Part shown: one piece after another, positions 1-15,060 of the stretch | How the letters are laid out: each line of letters opens with the position of its first letter | Numbering within the stretch: the stretch's first letter is position 1 | Assembly: GCA_951406725.2 (NCBI GenBank) | Contig: OX597815.1 | Span: 201,810,001-201,874,000 of the forward strand | Direction of reading: 5' to 3' | From: Octopus vulgaris | Taxonomy: Eukaryota | DNA: 64,000 bases | Position numbers and translations under genes: made by a program | The notes under the pieces: generated by a model | What the model saw: the letters and a program-made list of their open reading frames with translations, nothing else | Database searches by the model: none | Told to the model about the DNA's origin: nothing

Positions 1-846
1 AAAAATGCTATAACGATATAAACTTATAAAGAAATACCCGAAATATAAGTTCCATTGAGGCAAGTAAATGCAAAGAAACCGCTGTATTAAAAATTATCAT
101 CGCTTCTCTTAACAGCATAAACAATAATATTTCAAAAGAATTAGGTTAAGATATAATAGAATCCCATGCATCGCCAACATCAAGAGAAATATTAGACGTT
201 TGTTAGACGTATTTTTCACTGATTAAACGGGAAATAAACAAAACCTAACGGCAGACCAATCAATTTGGAAATAGCTTACAATTTTAAGCATCTTCCAATT
301 TATACCAAACACAATTCACAAAGTAGTGTGTATATAAGTGATACAGAATACTAATCCTTCTTTCAAACGATGTTGCTATACAGCCATGCTGTTATAAAAT
401 TTAAAATGTAAATTAAACATTTTAAATTGTAAATTACTTGCTAGCATGCTATTGTGAAGGATTGTGCAAAACTTAGAATGCAATGCGGACGAAATTTGCA
501 ACGTAGCACGCTCAATACAGTTCCAGAAAATCTGAGACCATGGTTACATTAGTAATAATGATAACAACAGCAACAACAACAACAACAACAACAGCAAGAA
601 CATCAACAGCACAGCAACAACAATAATAATAATGATTTTTCTGCCATTCTTTGCTAAGTGCGTCTTATCCATTCTTAACAATTTTTTCTCTCAATTTGAC
701 TCTCTCCATCTTCCTGCAATCTTGTTCGAAACCGTTCTCTTTCTGTTTAGAAAAAGGAACTGCCGCTGTTGCCGCTGTATTGTTTGACATAGTGGTAGCG
801 TTGGTAGTGTTGGTGGTGGTGTTGACGGTGTTGGAGGTAATAGATA

Positions 847-1077
847 AGGCGGCGAGCTGGCAGACACGTTAGTGCGCCGGCCGAAATGCTTAGCGGTATT
901 TCGTCTGCGTTACGTTGTGAGTTCAAATTCCGCCGAGGTCGACTTTGCCTTTCATCCTTTCGGGATCGATAAATTAAGTACTAGTTACGCACTGGAGTCG
1001 ATGTAATCGACTTAATACCTATGTCTGTCCTTGTTTGTCCCCTCTATGTTTAGCCGCTTGTGGGCAATACAGAAATA
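847..1077 (+). mobile_element. tRNA-derived SINE, family A (octopus-type)
   Basis: Head ggcggcgagctggcag with B-box-like gagttcaaattcc, body gtcgactttgcctttcatcc, A-rich tail; near-identical copies at 16301, 25959, 46648, 49850. Confidence 0.85.
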
Positions 1078-1329
1078 TGTATTGGGGGTAATAGGGGGGT
1101 CCTGCACTCGTCATTAAAAAGAATATTTCACTTGTTGTGCTACTGCTTCTGTTGTTGTTGTTGCTGGTAGTGGTGGTGCTGCTACTGCTGTCGTCTTTGC
1201 TTCGGTTCTTGACCACAGTAAATTGTTCTGAGGAAAAATATGCTAAAGCGGTTCTTAAAACAACTATACCTCCCTAGATGTGGGACCTCATATTGATATT
1301 TTGGTCTTAAAGTAACTCAGGTTCAACAG

Positions 1330-1945
1330 GGAAGAGAAGAACCGTGTGGCCAATCACTAGCCAGCCAATGCGCAAAGCTGACACAGACAGAATACAAGAG
1401 ACGCCATTATAACTTAGCGAGAATCGTTCATTGGGTGTTATCCGAAAGATAAAATCCAGCCTATGATATGGTTATAATCCACAAGGTGTTGCAGAAAATG
1501 ACTATACCATGATGTTATAAGACTTTATGTGACAAGGAAACTGAAATTTACAAACGAGATATTATTGTGATTAATGAAGGACACTAAACTGTTTATTTCT
1601 AGAGAAGGATATTCCATCTGACAGTAAGGTCTGTGAGAAAGATTTGAAGATTGAGAAGTACGAAGTACTAGCTATGTAGAAAATATACATTTATACAATA
1701 GAAGAGTCTGAGGTGTTCGCGGTTATTGTGGGTCGCTTGCTACTATAAGCAAAAGCATGGAAAACTATTTCTTTTAAATCAGGGATAACATCCGGGTGGG
1801 ATAGTTAAAGTAAACAGCACTCCTTGGAACTGCTAGAATACTTAGAAAAGTGCTTCAAAATTAAAGGTGCTATATCAGTCTACTGGTTGTGGACGTAAGG
1901 CTTACATATTAGACCACCAGCCACAAGTTTTGTGTGACAACCGGA
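1330..1945 (+). mobile_element. 3' fragment of R4/Dong-type non-LTR retrotransposon (zinc knuckle remnant plus restriction-like endonuclease), decayed
   Basis: Manual translation gives SQCAKLTQTEYKRRHYNLARIVHW and TALLGTARILRKVL, typical of the C-terminus of RLE-clade elements; stops and frameshifts present. Confidence 0.75.
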
Positions 1946-1954
1946 ATAAGAGTA

Positions 1955-2287
1955 ATAATGATGGACTCTCCAATAGAATACGATGTATGAGTGTTCAGTT
2001 TTTGCCAAATGACTGCTACATATGTTTTGTTTATAGTCAAACATTTTTGTTTATAGTGATCAAATGTATGTGCCGCACATTAGCTCATTCGTGCCATCAT
2101 ATCAACGTTATCTGAACAGGTTCACGGCGTAACACGAGTTGAATTGGCTGGTGTTGAATTGGCAGGTGTTGAATTGGCTGCAGAGCCACGTGAATAAATT
2201 GTTTTGCTCAAGAACACAACGCACCACCAGAAATTGAAACCGCGATCTTCTGATCGTGAGCGCAAAACCATAACGACCAAACCATTA
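1955..2287 (-). mobile_element. SINE family C, diverged
   Basis: Reverse tRNA-like head at ~2200-2287; body homologous to the + strand copy at 51626-51915. Confidence 0.6.
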
Positions 2288-2294
2288 TTTAAAC

Positions 2295-2295
<1 letters not shown>

Positions 2296-2354
<59 letters not shown>

Positions 2355-2377
2355 TAGTAGTAGTAGTAGAAGAAGTG

Positions 2378-2408
<31 letters not shown>

Positions 2409-2414
2409 AAGAAA

Positions 2415-2447
<33 letters not shown>

Positions 2448-2510
2448 CAGCAGCAGCAGCCGCAGCAGCAGCCGCAGCAGCAGCAGTAGTAGTAGTAGCA
2501 GCAGCAGCAT
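2296..2510. repeat. (GTA)n/(GCA)n microsatellite
   Basis: Direct reading. Confidence 0.97.
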
Positions 2511-2739
2511 GTCCGCCAACCTCTTTCTTCTTCCTCAAAAGTTAAGCTAGTAACCTTGTCTTGGCCAATTCCTAACAAAGATATCAGCGTGAACTCATAC
2601 AATGACAGCAAAAGGAGCGTTGATAACAACTGAGTTGTTACCATGGTTACAAAAGGTTGCCACAAGGTCAAAAACAGCAACAATATTAATGGTGAAAATG
2701 GTAATAATAGTGGTAATAATAATGATAGTGTTGGTGGTG

Positions 2740-2761
2740 GTAGTAGTAGTAGTAGTAGTAA

Positions 2762-2856
<95 letters not shown>

Positions 2857-2866
2857 ATAGTAGTAG
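2740..2866. repeat. (GTA)n/(TTA)n compound microsatellite
   Basis: Direct reading. Confidence 0.95.
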
Positions 2867-3099
2867 CCAACAGCAGCAACTACAAACACAGTGTGAGGAA
2901 CAATAACAATGATGAAAAGGACAGAGTTATCTAGCTAGTGAAGGTATCTCGGACAACGAAAAGGACAATAAAGACAGCCACAACCACATAAGTAAGAATA
3001 CAGTTTACAACATCATCAGCAATAATAAGCTTATTTAAGCAAACTAGTCTAGTGCCCAGCCAAATAACCATCCCTCGCCATTAAGTTTGAAATGAAAAA

Positions 3100-6000
3100 A
3101 AAAAAAAATGCAAGTCCAAGCCAAATCTAAATTATACCACATCGGTCATCGTGCGGGTTACCAAAGAGCGCGTCTCTGAGCGGGCAACCAATCTGAGGTC
3201 ATAAATTTAGCTTCTGGAAGAAAATCCTCATTAGATCGATCCGAAGAGGAATCAGAACCAAGAACTCAAGTCTGACCACGTCAGATCAAATACCAACTAG
3301 TAGTGTCAAATAAATTAGAAATATATGGACACACGCGTAATAAAAACGGGTTGTAACAGCATTTTAAACAGCACTAAATAAAATAGAAAGGAACATCACT
3401 AAGCAATGCTATAACGTCTGGAGAATCGAGGTCGGAGAAAACTTTCGCCCTTATATAAAATGAAACAAATTAGAAAATATACCCAGAGATTCCCCTGCGT
3501 AATCACAGATTCACTCCTGATGAAATAGGGTATATCAAAATTACCGTTTACACTAACTTGAATAATGACAGTGAAGAACGTGTAGTAGAAATTAACAAAA
3601 CGAACTCAGTATGGATTACTACCGTTAATAAACCACAGTATCAAGCCGATTATATGTCAGAGTACGGGGCGCACCAAAACATTAGATTCTTCACAAATTA
3701 GAAACCACTACGCGAGCTTCGTTTATAGAAGATAATATCGGCAAAAACCAATAGACAAAAGTGGTGTCATGCATGAATGCAGTATCTTTCAACCTACAGA
3801 ATATTAATGACAGAGAACAGCTTCCTAATTTCTGAAGGAACAAGTCTAGCCTATTCATAATAAAATATTTATGGTACTGTCCTGAAGCAAATCCTTGCGG
3901 AGTCTAAATGCGCCTTGACGTCATTAAATTACCTCGTATATGAAGTAACACCTGCATGTACTATGGGATTAGATATCAGGCTAAGAAATAAGACTTCCAA
4001 AGAGAATATGAAAAAAGAACACCAAAAGAAATGGAGAGAAAGAATAAACAAAGAAATAAAACTGCTTAGATGTGAATTGGCTACGTTAAAGCAATTATCT
4101 AAAGAGAACAATGTCAACACAATGTCAACAGAAGGCCAAGACACGATTACATATTAAATTACTCGAATGCAGTAATATACAAAGTAAAACACATATGTAG
4201 ATTAAGGCACACCGTATCCATAATTTTGATAAATGAAGTAACGTCTCTTGAAAGAAAATATTCAAAACGGATGAGATAAATTACAGAAATGTTAGGAAGA
4301 AAATAACAAAAATAAGAGATCTACCTGAAATGCGTGAGATAAAATCGTTGTGGAAAAATATATAGAGTAATAACAATTGCTTTGATTAAAATTCAAATGG
4401 ATCATAAGAGTGGAACAAAGAAAGCTGAATGCACAAGAACAGAATCGGGAAGACATTACCATCAAGGAACTGATAAAAGCCTCATCAAAGACTCAAAAAT
4501 TAAAATGCTGTGGCATGGTATGATACAACACTTTATGGTTGAATGCCCTGACATCACACAATCAATCTATTGAGATTGTTTCTAACATAATGAAAAATGC
4601 AGAAGAAACGCCATGGTGATTGACTCAAGAGTTTATCTATGTGATGCAGAGAAATTACGGATTTAAAACCCTGAAGAATTGAAGGGCAATTACGTACTTT
4701 ACTATCGCTTACAAATTATTGACAATAATTCTTACAGAGTGCACATACAAGTACGGCATTCTGGTTTTAGAGCAACCGTAGTAATTCTTATGACTGCAAA
4801 GATCAACTTCTGATTTATCGAATGATACATGAAAACTGCTCCACTAAAAGCCATCTTCTTACTTCAGCCTGGTTAGATTACTGCAAGACTTTCAATAGTG
4901 TCCCTCACCCGTGGATCGCAAAAACGCTAGAAGTGTACAAGTGATCACCAATTATCAAAGGTTTTCTTCGCCGAATGTAGGCATGTCATACACAAAATCG
5001 TACCTCAATCATAATAAAGGCAAAAGTACATCTGGCAGTATTATGATTAACCGAGGTATACACCAAGGAGGCTCATTGATACCATTCCGTTTTTGATTAG
5101 CAATCATATCTCTGGCATATGAATTGAACCATACACAATATCGAAACAAAATCTTTGATTGAAACATCTCATTATTATGGATGACCTCAAGCTAAATGTA
5201 AAAAAAAAACAGTAAAGATCTGAAGGGATTTCGAACAGCTGTAAATAGTGTTTATGACAATATCAATATGGAATTTGGCTTGGATTAGTGTACCTGAGCA
5301 ACGTTTAAACATGGAAAACTCATTTCTATAACGCCAACAAAATGACAACCCTAATATTGAAGAATTAGACAAGATGGAGCATACAAATATCTGGGAATAA
5401 ATTAAGGGAAAGGGAGCAAATACGGTACCAAGATGCAAAATAAAATCAAGGAAGAATATTATAGGAGAGTAAGATTGATCATTAGAATGGAACTGAATTC
5501 TCAGAATAAGATTGAAGCCATTAATTAACTTGCTGTCCCAGAGTCACTTTTTAATCATAATACAATTAACTGCAATGTAAATAAATTCCAATGCGTGGAC
5601 ACCAGAACGAGAAGACTAATGATGACAAAGAATTTGCAGCATCCAAAAATTGCTATTCATGCAGTCTATGGTCTTTGAAAAGAAGGTGGTAGAAACCTCA
5701 TCTATTTAGAATGATCTTAGAAGACCACCACAATAAGACTTATTTCTTACATCTCAAATAGCTACGATTGGATGATAACACTACTAAACCAACACGAAGG
5801 GAACAAAATTCAACATTCTGCAATTAGGGAGGCACAGAAGCATAAAGAACTAAAACTAAATGCAAATGATGATGCAAAATCTGCAATATCAACAAAAGAA
5901 GTAAAACACGATAAATAAAGATTATAAAGAAGTGGAAATGCTTATAAAGACTATAAAGTGGAAAAGCTTATAAAGACTATAAAGAAGTGGAAAAGCTTAT

Positions 6001-6350
6001 AAAGAAAGAGGAAGAGAAACCGTGGCATGCTTGTGTCCCAAACGAAGAAGGGAGACGGATATAGATATAGAAAGACCACATCAAAGCTGCCTATCTGCAA
6101 AAACAGAATGTTTTATAACGGCAGCTCAGGATCAATCTCTACTCACAACAAACTATCACGCAAGGGTTCTTCAAAATGGAGCTGACCGACAGGTAGACTG
6201 TATGGATAATGGTACTGAAATTACCTACATTATAGCTAGTTGCTTCAAACTTGCAATAACAGAGTACTAAATCAGTTATGACTGAATAGGGGAGTACCTA
6301 CATCGTACCAAATGCTATCGTCTTTATGACGTTTTCCTTCCTAAAAATTG
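3100..6350 (+). mobile_element. Near full-length, heavily decayed R4/Dong-clade non-LTR retrotransposon (RT pseudogene)
   Basis: RT motifs across frames: CKDQLLI (~4795), AWLDYCKTFNSVPHPWI (~4867), RGIHQGGSL (~5052), MDDLKL (~5177), MEFGLD, YKYLGI, KEYYRRVRLI, KTECFITAAQDQSLLTTNY, IIASCFKLAITEY; many stops; 5' boundary approximate. Confidence 0.88.
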
Positions 6351-6898
6351 AAACCAGTAACAGCGTGTAACGGAGTTACCATTCTATCTGTTGTCTAACG
6401 CAGCTTGAGGACATGTCCTCTTAGGGCTAAAGGAAACGTCAACAGTGTCCGCTCGAAAAAGAGCCATGTTAAAGTGGCTACGAATATTACATGTCAGTAC
6501 AACTACTGTGTTGATCTCTTAGAGGGATTTTAGAAATAACATGTTTACGTGTTGCAATATTAGTGACTGTATGATCACTTGAAATATATATATATTGCGT
6601 GCAGAATGAAGGTGCTAATATCTCAAGCAAACGAGATATCCAGTACTAGGTAGTGGCAGAAATAGCCCGAAACCTGGACTGGTCTTTCCGCGTACAAAAA
6701 GCTCTGCATGGTTGTATACGAATCTTGGGCATGTCTGAGTGACGGCAATTCTATGCCAAGAAAAATCCTCCAGATTTAGCAATTTCAGTGACTTCAAGGC
6801 TCGAGGAATTTCCTTATGCAACCCTAATATGCTATAAGGTATAACGCTTTTAGGGCTGAACATCGCGTTTTACTGCGTTAGCACTGCTCTTTACATAA

Positions 6899-7428
6899 TT
6901 TTGTTAAGGTTATTTCAACAGAAATTATAGCCAGCTCTGATTTTTGCTACAACGCTTTGTATCGAAATGTCAGATGTAAACAAACAATTAGAGCGGAGAC
7001 AAAATGGGTAACGAGTGTATACGGCATATTTCGTGGGGTTTTTCACCTTCATTAGCAACCATCTAACCCACTCTTCCCTCGGAACATATTGCTTATATAG
7101 CCACAGCATACAGCAGTGTAAAGTTACTGTATTTGCCAATTTACGTATTAAACGAATTCCTGGAATGCTCCAGGAATGCGGTTAATATCCAATAACTAAA
7201 CACCGCTGTATGCAGTGGCTATATAAGAAATGTGTTCAGAGGGGAGAGTGAGTTACATGGGTAATGATGAAGGGGGCGGGGCACACCCACACGAAATATG
7301 GCATATACACTCATTACCCATTTTTGCCTCTGATCTCATTGTTTGTCTATTTCTAACACCACGATGCGAAACGTTGTAGGAAAAATCCTGTGCTGGTTAC
7401 AATTTCTGTAGAAAGAACCTTAACAAAA
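6899..7428. repeat. ~530-bp imperfect foldback palindrome (MITE/foldback-like)
   Basis: Left arm ttgttaaggttatttcaacagaaattatagccag matches the reverse complement of ctggttacaatttctgtagaaagaaccttaacaa; centre attcctgga-atgc-tccaggaat at 7156-7177. Confidence 0.85.
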
Positions 7429-7444
7429 CAATTAGCAATTTCAC

Positions 7445-8260
7445 GTCAGAAATGTCTGGAAATAATCCCATCTGGTGCCACTCTTGCCAGCAAGTTACAC
7501 TAATTTGTAAGCCAATGCGGAAATTGTACAGACCTTATTGCTAGACTGGCAACTGATGATACCTTTCGACGCCAGGCATCCGACCACTGTCAACGCTTGA
7601 TCCGAGACAGCACCTCTGGTAAAGAGAGGAGCTGCGGAGAGGCTAATTTGAATGACTGCGACCACACTTCCTCAATGTGAAGGAAAACATGTACATGCTG
7701 CAATCACAGCATATGTCTTCAAATCATCGACCTCGGCATACACAATCCTCCATTCAGCGATTTATACCCCAAGCGGAAAAGTAAGTACTCAAGTCAAGAG
7801 AGACAGGAAATCAGGCCAGGTGATGATATATGGCGAAATGATGTAATATTTCACGACCTCTACCCAACTGTGCGAACGCTTTTCTCTTGGACCATTTCTG
7901 GGTGTCATTGGTGAACATGCAGGTCAAATTGTGAGATTTCATCGCTACATAGGAGTAGCGATGAAAACCAAAATCCGAGTAATCTAACTGGTCCTCGCAT
8001 GAAGCGTTGCACAACCCTTTTGAACAGAATATACCTGCCCTTCCTGATGCCGAAGTGCAAGCCCACTCACTTTTCTTCCTTCACGTTTGCTTTTCCCATT
8101 ACATTTTTCCCCGTAGAACAGCGCTTACCACGTTCGTATGGCTAACGTCAAACACTATGATTATATCGTTATCCACGAATATTGAGTTCACTCTTCCACA
8201 TCATAATTTGCGCAGGGTGTCACTCAGTGTCCTGTTTTGGTAATAGTGGCATATACACAG
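7445..8260 (-). mobile_element. Decayed mariner transposase relic
   Basis: Minus strand resembles EKxAQLG..ILHHxPYSPxL..DYYLFR..SLNG and a C-terminal KLV.xWQE....GDYF; broken by indels. Confidence 0.55.
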
Positions 8261-8673
8261 AAAAGTGGCAACAACCTGGATGGAATAAAAGCATGATAAT
8301 GAAAGATTCCAACATTAGACCATTAGGCAAACCAAACGTAATCGACATGACCAAATCAGATGTAAATGGCCCAAGATAAAGCAATTCCTGTAGATTCAGG
8401 CAGAGATGGCAGTGGTCCATTCTATTAGAAAGCATAATAATTCATCTAAATTTATAAGGAATCCATTCACAAACGCCAACCTCTTTCTTAAGATTTCAAT
8501 ATTATACAGAATTGTGGGCCAAATGTTATCAAGGTTCCTCCTCTTTGTTTTGGTTCTTTCTGAGCAATACTACGACTCCTCGACACCTAGAACCGCTGCT
8601 AGAGGATATACTTACGTGTCAAGATATTTTCAAAGTGTCTAGTAGGTAAGAAAAAAGCTTGTTGGTCATCATT

Positions 8674-8900
8674 TTAGCAAGGCGTATTGGCCTCCATATA
8701 GTGAGCTATTATACCTTGTAGTTGCACGTCTATTATAGGATTTCTGCAGTATTTTGCCTCTCTTCGCAAGAGTCGCAGAAAGCCATCGAAGTAGACATTG
8801 AAACTCGTCTTTCTCTCGGGCCTGTCACTCAAATCTAAATACCTAACAAAACGCTGTTGAAGATTTGCACTCATGTAATCGACTCAAGTAACGCGTCCAT
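8674..8900 (-). mobile_element. Possible BEL/Pao gag fragment
   Basis: FDGFLRLLRREAKYCRNPI resembles a BEL gag motif; short and unsupported by flanks. Confidence 0.3.
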
Positions 8901-9369
8901 TTCTGCCCATGGAAGATGGATTTTAAACGATCGTTGTCAATTACACTCATGCGAAATCTGAGATTAAAAAGAAAAATTGAAAGAAAAAATTGACGTAAGA
9001 GTGCAAGAACGACACCCTTTTGTTTCGACTTACTTGTATCACATCACAACTTGTAAAACACGTTAGGCATTATGAAATTATTTTGCTTGTCTAAACATAT
9101 CATAACCCATCACACGTACAAATATTTACGATTTAAAAGGGTAACTTCATGTTCATATTTTCAGAGGATTACTACTAACGTGGGCATTATATAAGAAAAT
9201 ACCGTCAATATTTCGACATAGATAATGCAAAATATTGGATATTATGTTCTACCAATTTATCATTTTAAAAAAGTAACCATTAGTAGTCTGAAATACTCGT
9301 TAAATCCGGCAAGTAATATTGGACAGAGATTGATAATAATTTTCAGGTAATATTCCATCAAATTTTTTA

Positions 9370-9373
<4 letters not shown>

Positions 9374-9433
<60 letters not shown>

Positions 9434-9442
9434 AGTGCGTGT
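9374..9442. repeat. (GT)n microsatellite
   Basis: Direct reading. Confidence 0.95.
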
Positions 9443-12166
9443 ACACATTAGTACTGCCTAAAGATTGAAATGGGTTATCGATGTTGAATGTTTTTTCAAA
9501 CGATTGGAAATTATTTCCTTAATGGTTAATGATCCTGATCAGATATAAATCTCATTGATTTGTTAAATCCTTTGAGATATTCATAAAAGCCAATTAACTA
9601 ACCTTGTGACATTGATATAGATGTGAGAAAATACTATCATAAACATGAATGATATGAAACGTTTGTGATTGCCTAAACTGTGGGCAATAAATATGTATTC
9701 GTACTTCATGTTTCATGGTTTGTCTAGGATTGTAGACAAATTTGACTAGAAAATATAAAATTAGGATACACATTACCTGAAAAATATATTCAGAAAATAT
9801 ACTGAGAAAATGATAAACAAAATAATTAGAGAAAGCAACGCACTTGTAACAGATTAATTGTCCAGACGATGGCGTAGCGTCTAGCGACAGATTAAATCTA
9901 ATGCTTTTATTGGAGTAATGTCATTATACTAATACAGGAGGATGCACGAACAAGTATCTGGGGTTCTGTTGCATAGTGGAAATAGTAAAATATGTTACCA
10001 TACATGAAAAGCGCGTAGTGTTTCGTTTACAAAAGTCATTATGTTATTTCGACCGCTTGTAACTGATGAACAAAGATGGTACGCTAGTTGTCCGTTCGCT
10101 ACGTTATACTCACTGCATCCGCACCACATTGGTTGATTATAAGCAAGCATTTAGTGAACTGCTCAGGCCTTGTCTTCAACATCGCGTATTTGATAGAGGC
10201 AAAGTGTGAAAAATGTTGAAGCATATACTATAAATGTTTTTGTTAAGCAAAGGTGAAATATTTTTGAAGTCAAGTGTCCGGGTAAAAGCTCACCGGAAAA
10301 GAGAACGACATAAATGCCGGTTGAGAAATGGCACACTACGGGGTCAGAACACAACACTCCAAAACAAAAACATGCGACATTTCCAACGCCGGTAGTTAAA
10401 GAAGTCAACAAGTAAATTGGCGCAGCGGTCTCACAGAAGCAGGCTGCCATGCTAACGTGTGTTGAAAAGTCTAAAGGTGAAGGTTTTCCCAGCAGTTGTA
10501 GATTTATTTCTGTATTTATTCTATGCTACGGAACCCGGGGTATGTTAACGTGAACCACCCTGTACTTTGGATAATTTATCTCCTTTTGTTCATCCAATAA
10601 ATACCTATCTAAAGAATTTAACAGAAATCCATGAAGCACATTACCGCTTTATTTTACACACATATACATGCATGCACATATATATGTCTGTGTGTGTGTA
10701 TGTGTGTGTGTATGCGTGTATTCATGCATATGCGTATGTGTGTAATTTGCAACGCGATGTATTAAAACAAAATTTGTATTTAAATTATATTTGCAACGTG
10801 TTTTCAAACGGATAGAAATGAAAGAGGGAGCTGGCGACATCGAATGCCATATACAATGATGCATTTCCAAATCTTACTGTTTACCCTTTATGGCTTCCTG
10901 GGGACTTCGGTATTTCTAAGTGTGCCAGATAACGCTTATCTTTTGGTTAGGTATACAACAGTCTTAGAAGACTTTTGAGATCCCAACGTTTTAAAATTCT
11001 GGAAACATGATTATTCAAGTCTACTATTGACACAAACTTCCGAAGCTGGCTGCGAGAGGGGCATTGTGGTCAAGAATAGATTGAGGTGAATAACAATTAG
11101 AAGGCTGTAACTAAATATTTCAAGTGCGTATTTGCTTCTCTGATATTTAACTACAACAATGTTTCCTTCTGTTTCATTATTATCACATGACATTCATTTT
11201 ATTAATTCTTCTAACGCTAACATTGATTATATCTAACATTTCTCTATCCCGTCTCCACACAAGAAAATAAAAGAATATACAAATGTATATGAACTTGTAA
11301 ACCCATATATACACATATATACATATATCTACACATATATAAGAAGAGAAGTTTCCTTCTATCGCAATGTTATCCAATGCGAATATAAATTATGAAATTA
11401 CAACACTGGCATTTATTTACATCAATATCGCAGTTTTTGCTCCCTTTTGACTTTACTGTATTTCTCATATAATCCCCGCCCCACAGACACACATTGGAAC
11501 TCTTCTTATCATCGACATAGTAACATCTTCCCTATCGCCGCTACCACATATATTATTATCTTACAATTGCTGTTGCCATCATGCTAATTACATTTGTGAC
11601 GTTGATACATGTTATTTTACAGCTTACTACAGCTATCTTCCATTTATATTTTGCTTCGCTTTTTCCTTTTATTTTTTTTTACATCAACGATAGCCCCAAT
11701 GTAAAACTGCATCATGATTACAAGTGCTGCAAGATAAAAACAGCATATACATCAAGAGTAAACAAAATGGAAAATAAAGATTAATATACAAGGTCCCTTG
11801 AAAGCAACAACAGAATAGTAGTATTAGCCAAGTCTAGTAATCAATGCCCACAGGCCTCACTGGCGTTGTAAATGCAGCAGCAAGTAAATGATAACATTCA
11901 AATATTCATCATCCAATGCGCAGTTGCGATTATGCTGCAAGGAGGTTCGATAAATATTGAACGGAACCACTGCAATAACAATTCTCAATATATGAATAAG
12001 ATACATTTTGTACGATTTCACCCTGTAATAGATCATAACCTCATGCATTTCTTCAACGATTTTTCTAGAATTTAACATGCGTTGAATCAATTTCTTTCTT
12101 TAGAATATTTTAAACACGGAAGAGGCCAATAGAGCCAATGAAATGTTCAATGTATTACATGTTTAC

Positions 12167-12931
<765 letters not shown>

Positions 12932-13487
12932 TTTGTTAGGGAGTCCAACTCGCTCTGCTTGGAGGCATTTCTACTGAACTGGGTGTCGGTAATCAATGAG
13001 TAAGGCGTATTTTGTATGAAGACCTGCATTTTCACCCGTACAAATTGGTCATTGGGCAACAGTTAAAGCCATGAGACTATGCATAGAGCAATGCAGGAGA
13101 GAGTGCAGCCCAAATTCCAAGAACGCTTTCAGAAATGCATTAATGAAACCGGATACAACATGAGCGATTGTGTTATCTACGCTTGATTTTGACAAATGGT
13201 AATTCGATACGTACACACTGACGTCAATAAAATTTGTTTGCAGCTAAAATTAATGATTTTGCGAATTTTTCAAAAATGACCGTTCTCTTTGACCCACCTT
13301 ATGCATATGTATGCATATAATTTATTTATGTTCATCAACATATAACATTGCATGTGTGTATATGCCTATATAAATACGTATAATTTATATGCATATGTAT
13401 GTATGTGTATATGTGTATGTGTGTATATGTATATATATATATATATATATTTAAATTATGTGTATAAGCAATGTAACTATGTTTTTT

Positions 13488-13684
13488 TTTTACTTGTTTC
13501 AGTCATTTGACTGCGGCCATGCTGGAGCACCGCCTTTAGTCGAGCAAATCGACCCCGGGACTTATTCTTCGTAAGCCCAGTACTTTATTCTATTGGTCTC
13601 TTTTGCCGAACCGCTAAGTGACGGGGACGGAAACACACCAGCATCGGTTGTCAAGCAATGCTAGGGTGACAAACAGACACACAA

Positions 13685-13723
<39 letters not shown>

Positions 13724-13888
13724 CATATATACGACAGGCTTCTTTCAGTTTCCGTCTACCAAATCCACTCACAAGGCATTGGTCAGCCCGGGGCTATAGC
13801 AGAAAACACTTGCCCAAGATGCCACGCAGTGGGACTGAACCCGGAACCATGTGGTTGGTTAGCAAGCTACTTACCACAGCCACTCCAG
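13488..13888 (-). mobile_element. tRNA-derived SINE, family B (internal CA/TA microsatellite)
   Basis: Head ggagtggctgtg..ggttccgggttcagtccc, tail ggtgctccagcatggccgcagtcaaatgactgaaacaagtaaaa; close copies at 37676 and 63065. Confidence 0.88.
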
Positions 13889-13901
13889 TTCTGTATATAT
13901 A

Positions 13902-15060
13902 CAGGGTGCGTAAGTCATTTGAGGACATACCATTTCGGGGTCATTGCTGCATTATTTGCTAACTCTGTATAATCTTCGTTTCAGAAAATAATACTAAACA
14001 AATGAAGAGGTAAGGCGTTGCTGTGGTTATAGAGGCTGAGTATAACGATTTAGAAATATCTCGATCTTTAAAAGTTGCCAGATCTTTCGTCTACAAAATT
14101 TGTAAGGAGTTAGAGATTGAAGATGGAAACGTATCGCCATTATCAAAACGTAAAAAAGTATTTTGAACTCTCTGAAATCATTAGAACACCTGAATGTATC
14201 CAGCAAGTTCAACACACCATTGATTACAATCCCAGAAAAATCCATAGGGTCAATTGAAAAAGATTTCCATGGGTCAGAAGAACAGGCAGAAATTTTGCCC
14301 ACGACGACGTCAGATATATGTCTAATATAATGAGGAAAGGTCAATTTGTCAGAAAAAGCAAAGGAAAATCACTATATAAGATCTAAGTGATCTAAGCAAA
14401 CTGAAAAGTGCAGCAGAAGATTATACTTGGCGTTTCTCAAACAAGAAAGACTTTAACCATGATCAAAATATTAACAGAAGAAATGAGACATGGTTATGTG
14501 CAGACCCTTCTGAAGTTCCAAGTGTTATGCATACATAGACAATTTTCTCCATCTGTCATGGTTCATGGGTTGTCAGCAATGAAGGACATGTTATGTCTCC
14601 ATACTTCTTTCCACAAGGCCTTAGATTTAACTCTGCCACCTACAAGGACGTCCTGGAAACTATCTAGACAGTCTATGCAATTGGAGGCACTATGTGTTTC
14701 AGTAAGACTCTACACTATGACACATGGCTCTGGTAACACAGGAACGGATGATTGAAAATGTTCATGATCCCATAATTCCTAAATTTTGCCCTCCTTATTC
14801 TCCAGATTTCAATCCATTGGACTATAACATGTGGAGGGTTGTTGAAATAGAGAGGTCAATGAACGCGCCCAGCGCACCAATAATTCTTTAAAAGCTGCCA
14901 TAATCAGAGTAATGTCCAAAATGAACCAGAACCACTTGATTCGAGCATATAGATGCTTTACATCTGATATAGAAGCAGTTGTAGAAGCTGAAGGTGATTT
15001 CATTGAATAACATTATAGAAAAGAAGGTTTATTTTTATGCGTCTAATATAATTACCAGAA
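13902..15060 (+). mobile_element. Decayed Tc1/mariner (DD37D/maT-like) DNA transposon
   Basis: TA then cagggtg terminus; LEISRSLKVARSFVYKICKELE HTH; PPYSPDFNPLDYNMWRVVE; C-terminal IEAVVEAEGDFIE*. Confidence 0.85.

Noticed and set aside
847-940. tRNA gene
   Set aside because: It is a SINE head with A/B-box-like motifs; no full cloverleaf
2122-2934. Poly-T/V/L/Y ORFs
   Set aside because: Translations of trinucleotide microsatellites
10163-10450. GC-richer ORF-like segment
   Set aside because: No recognisable domain or splice support
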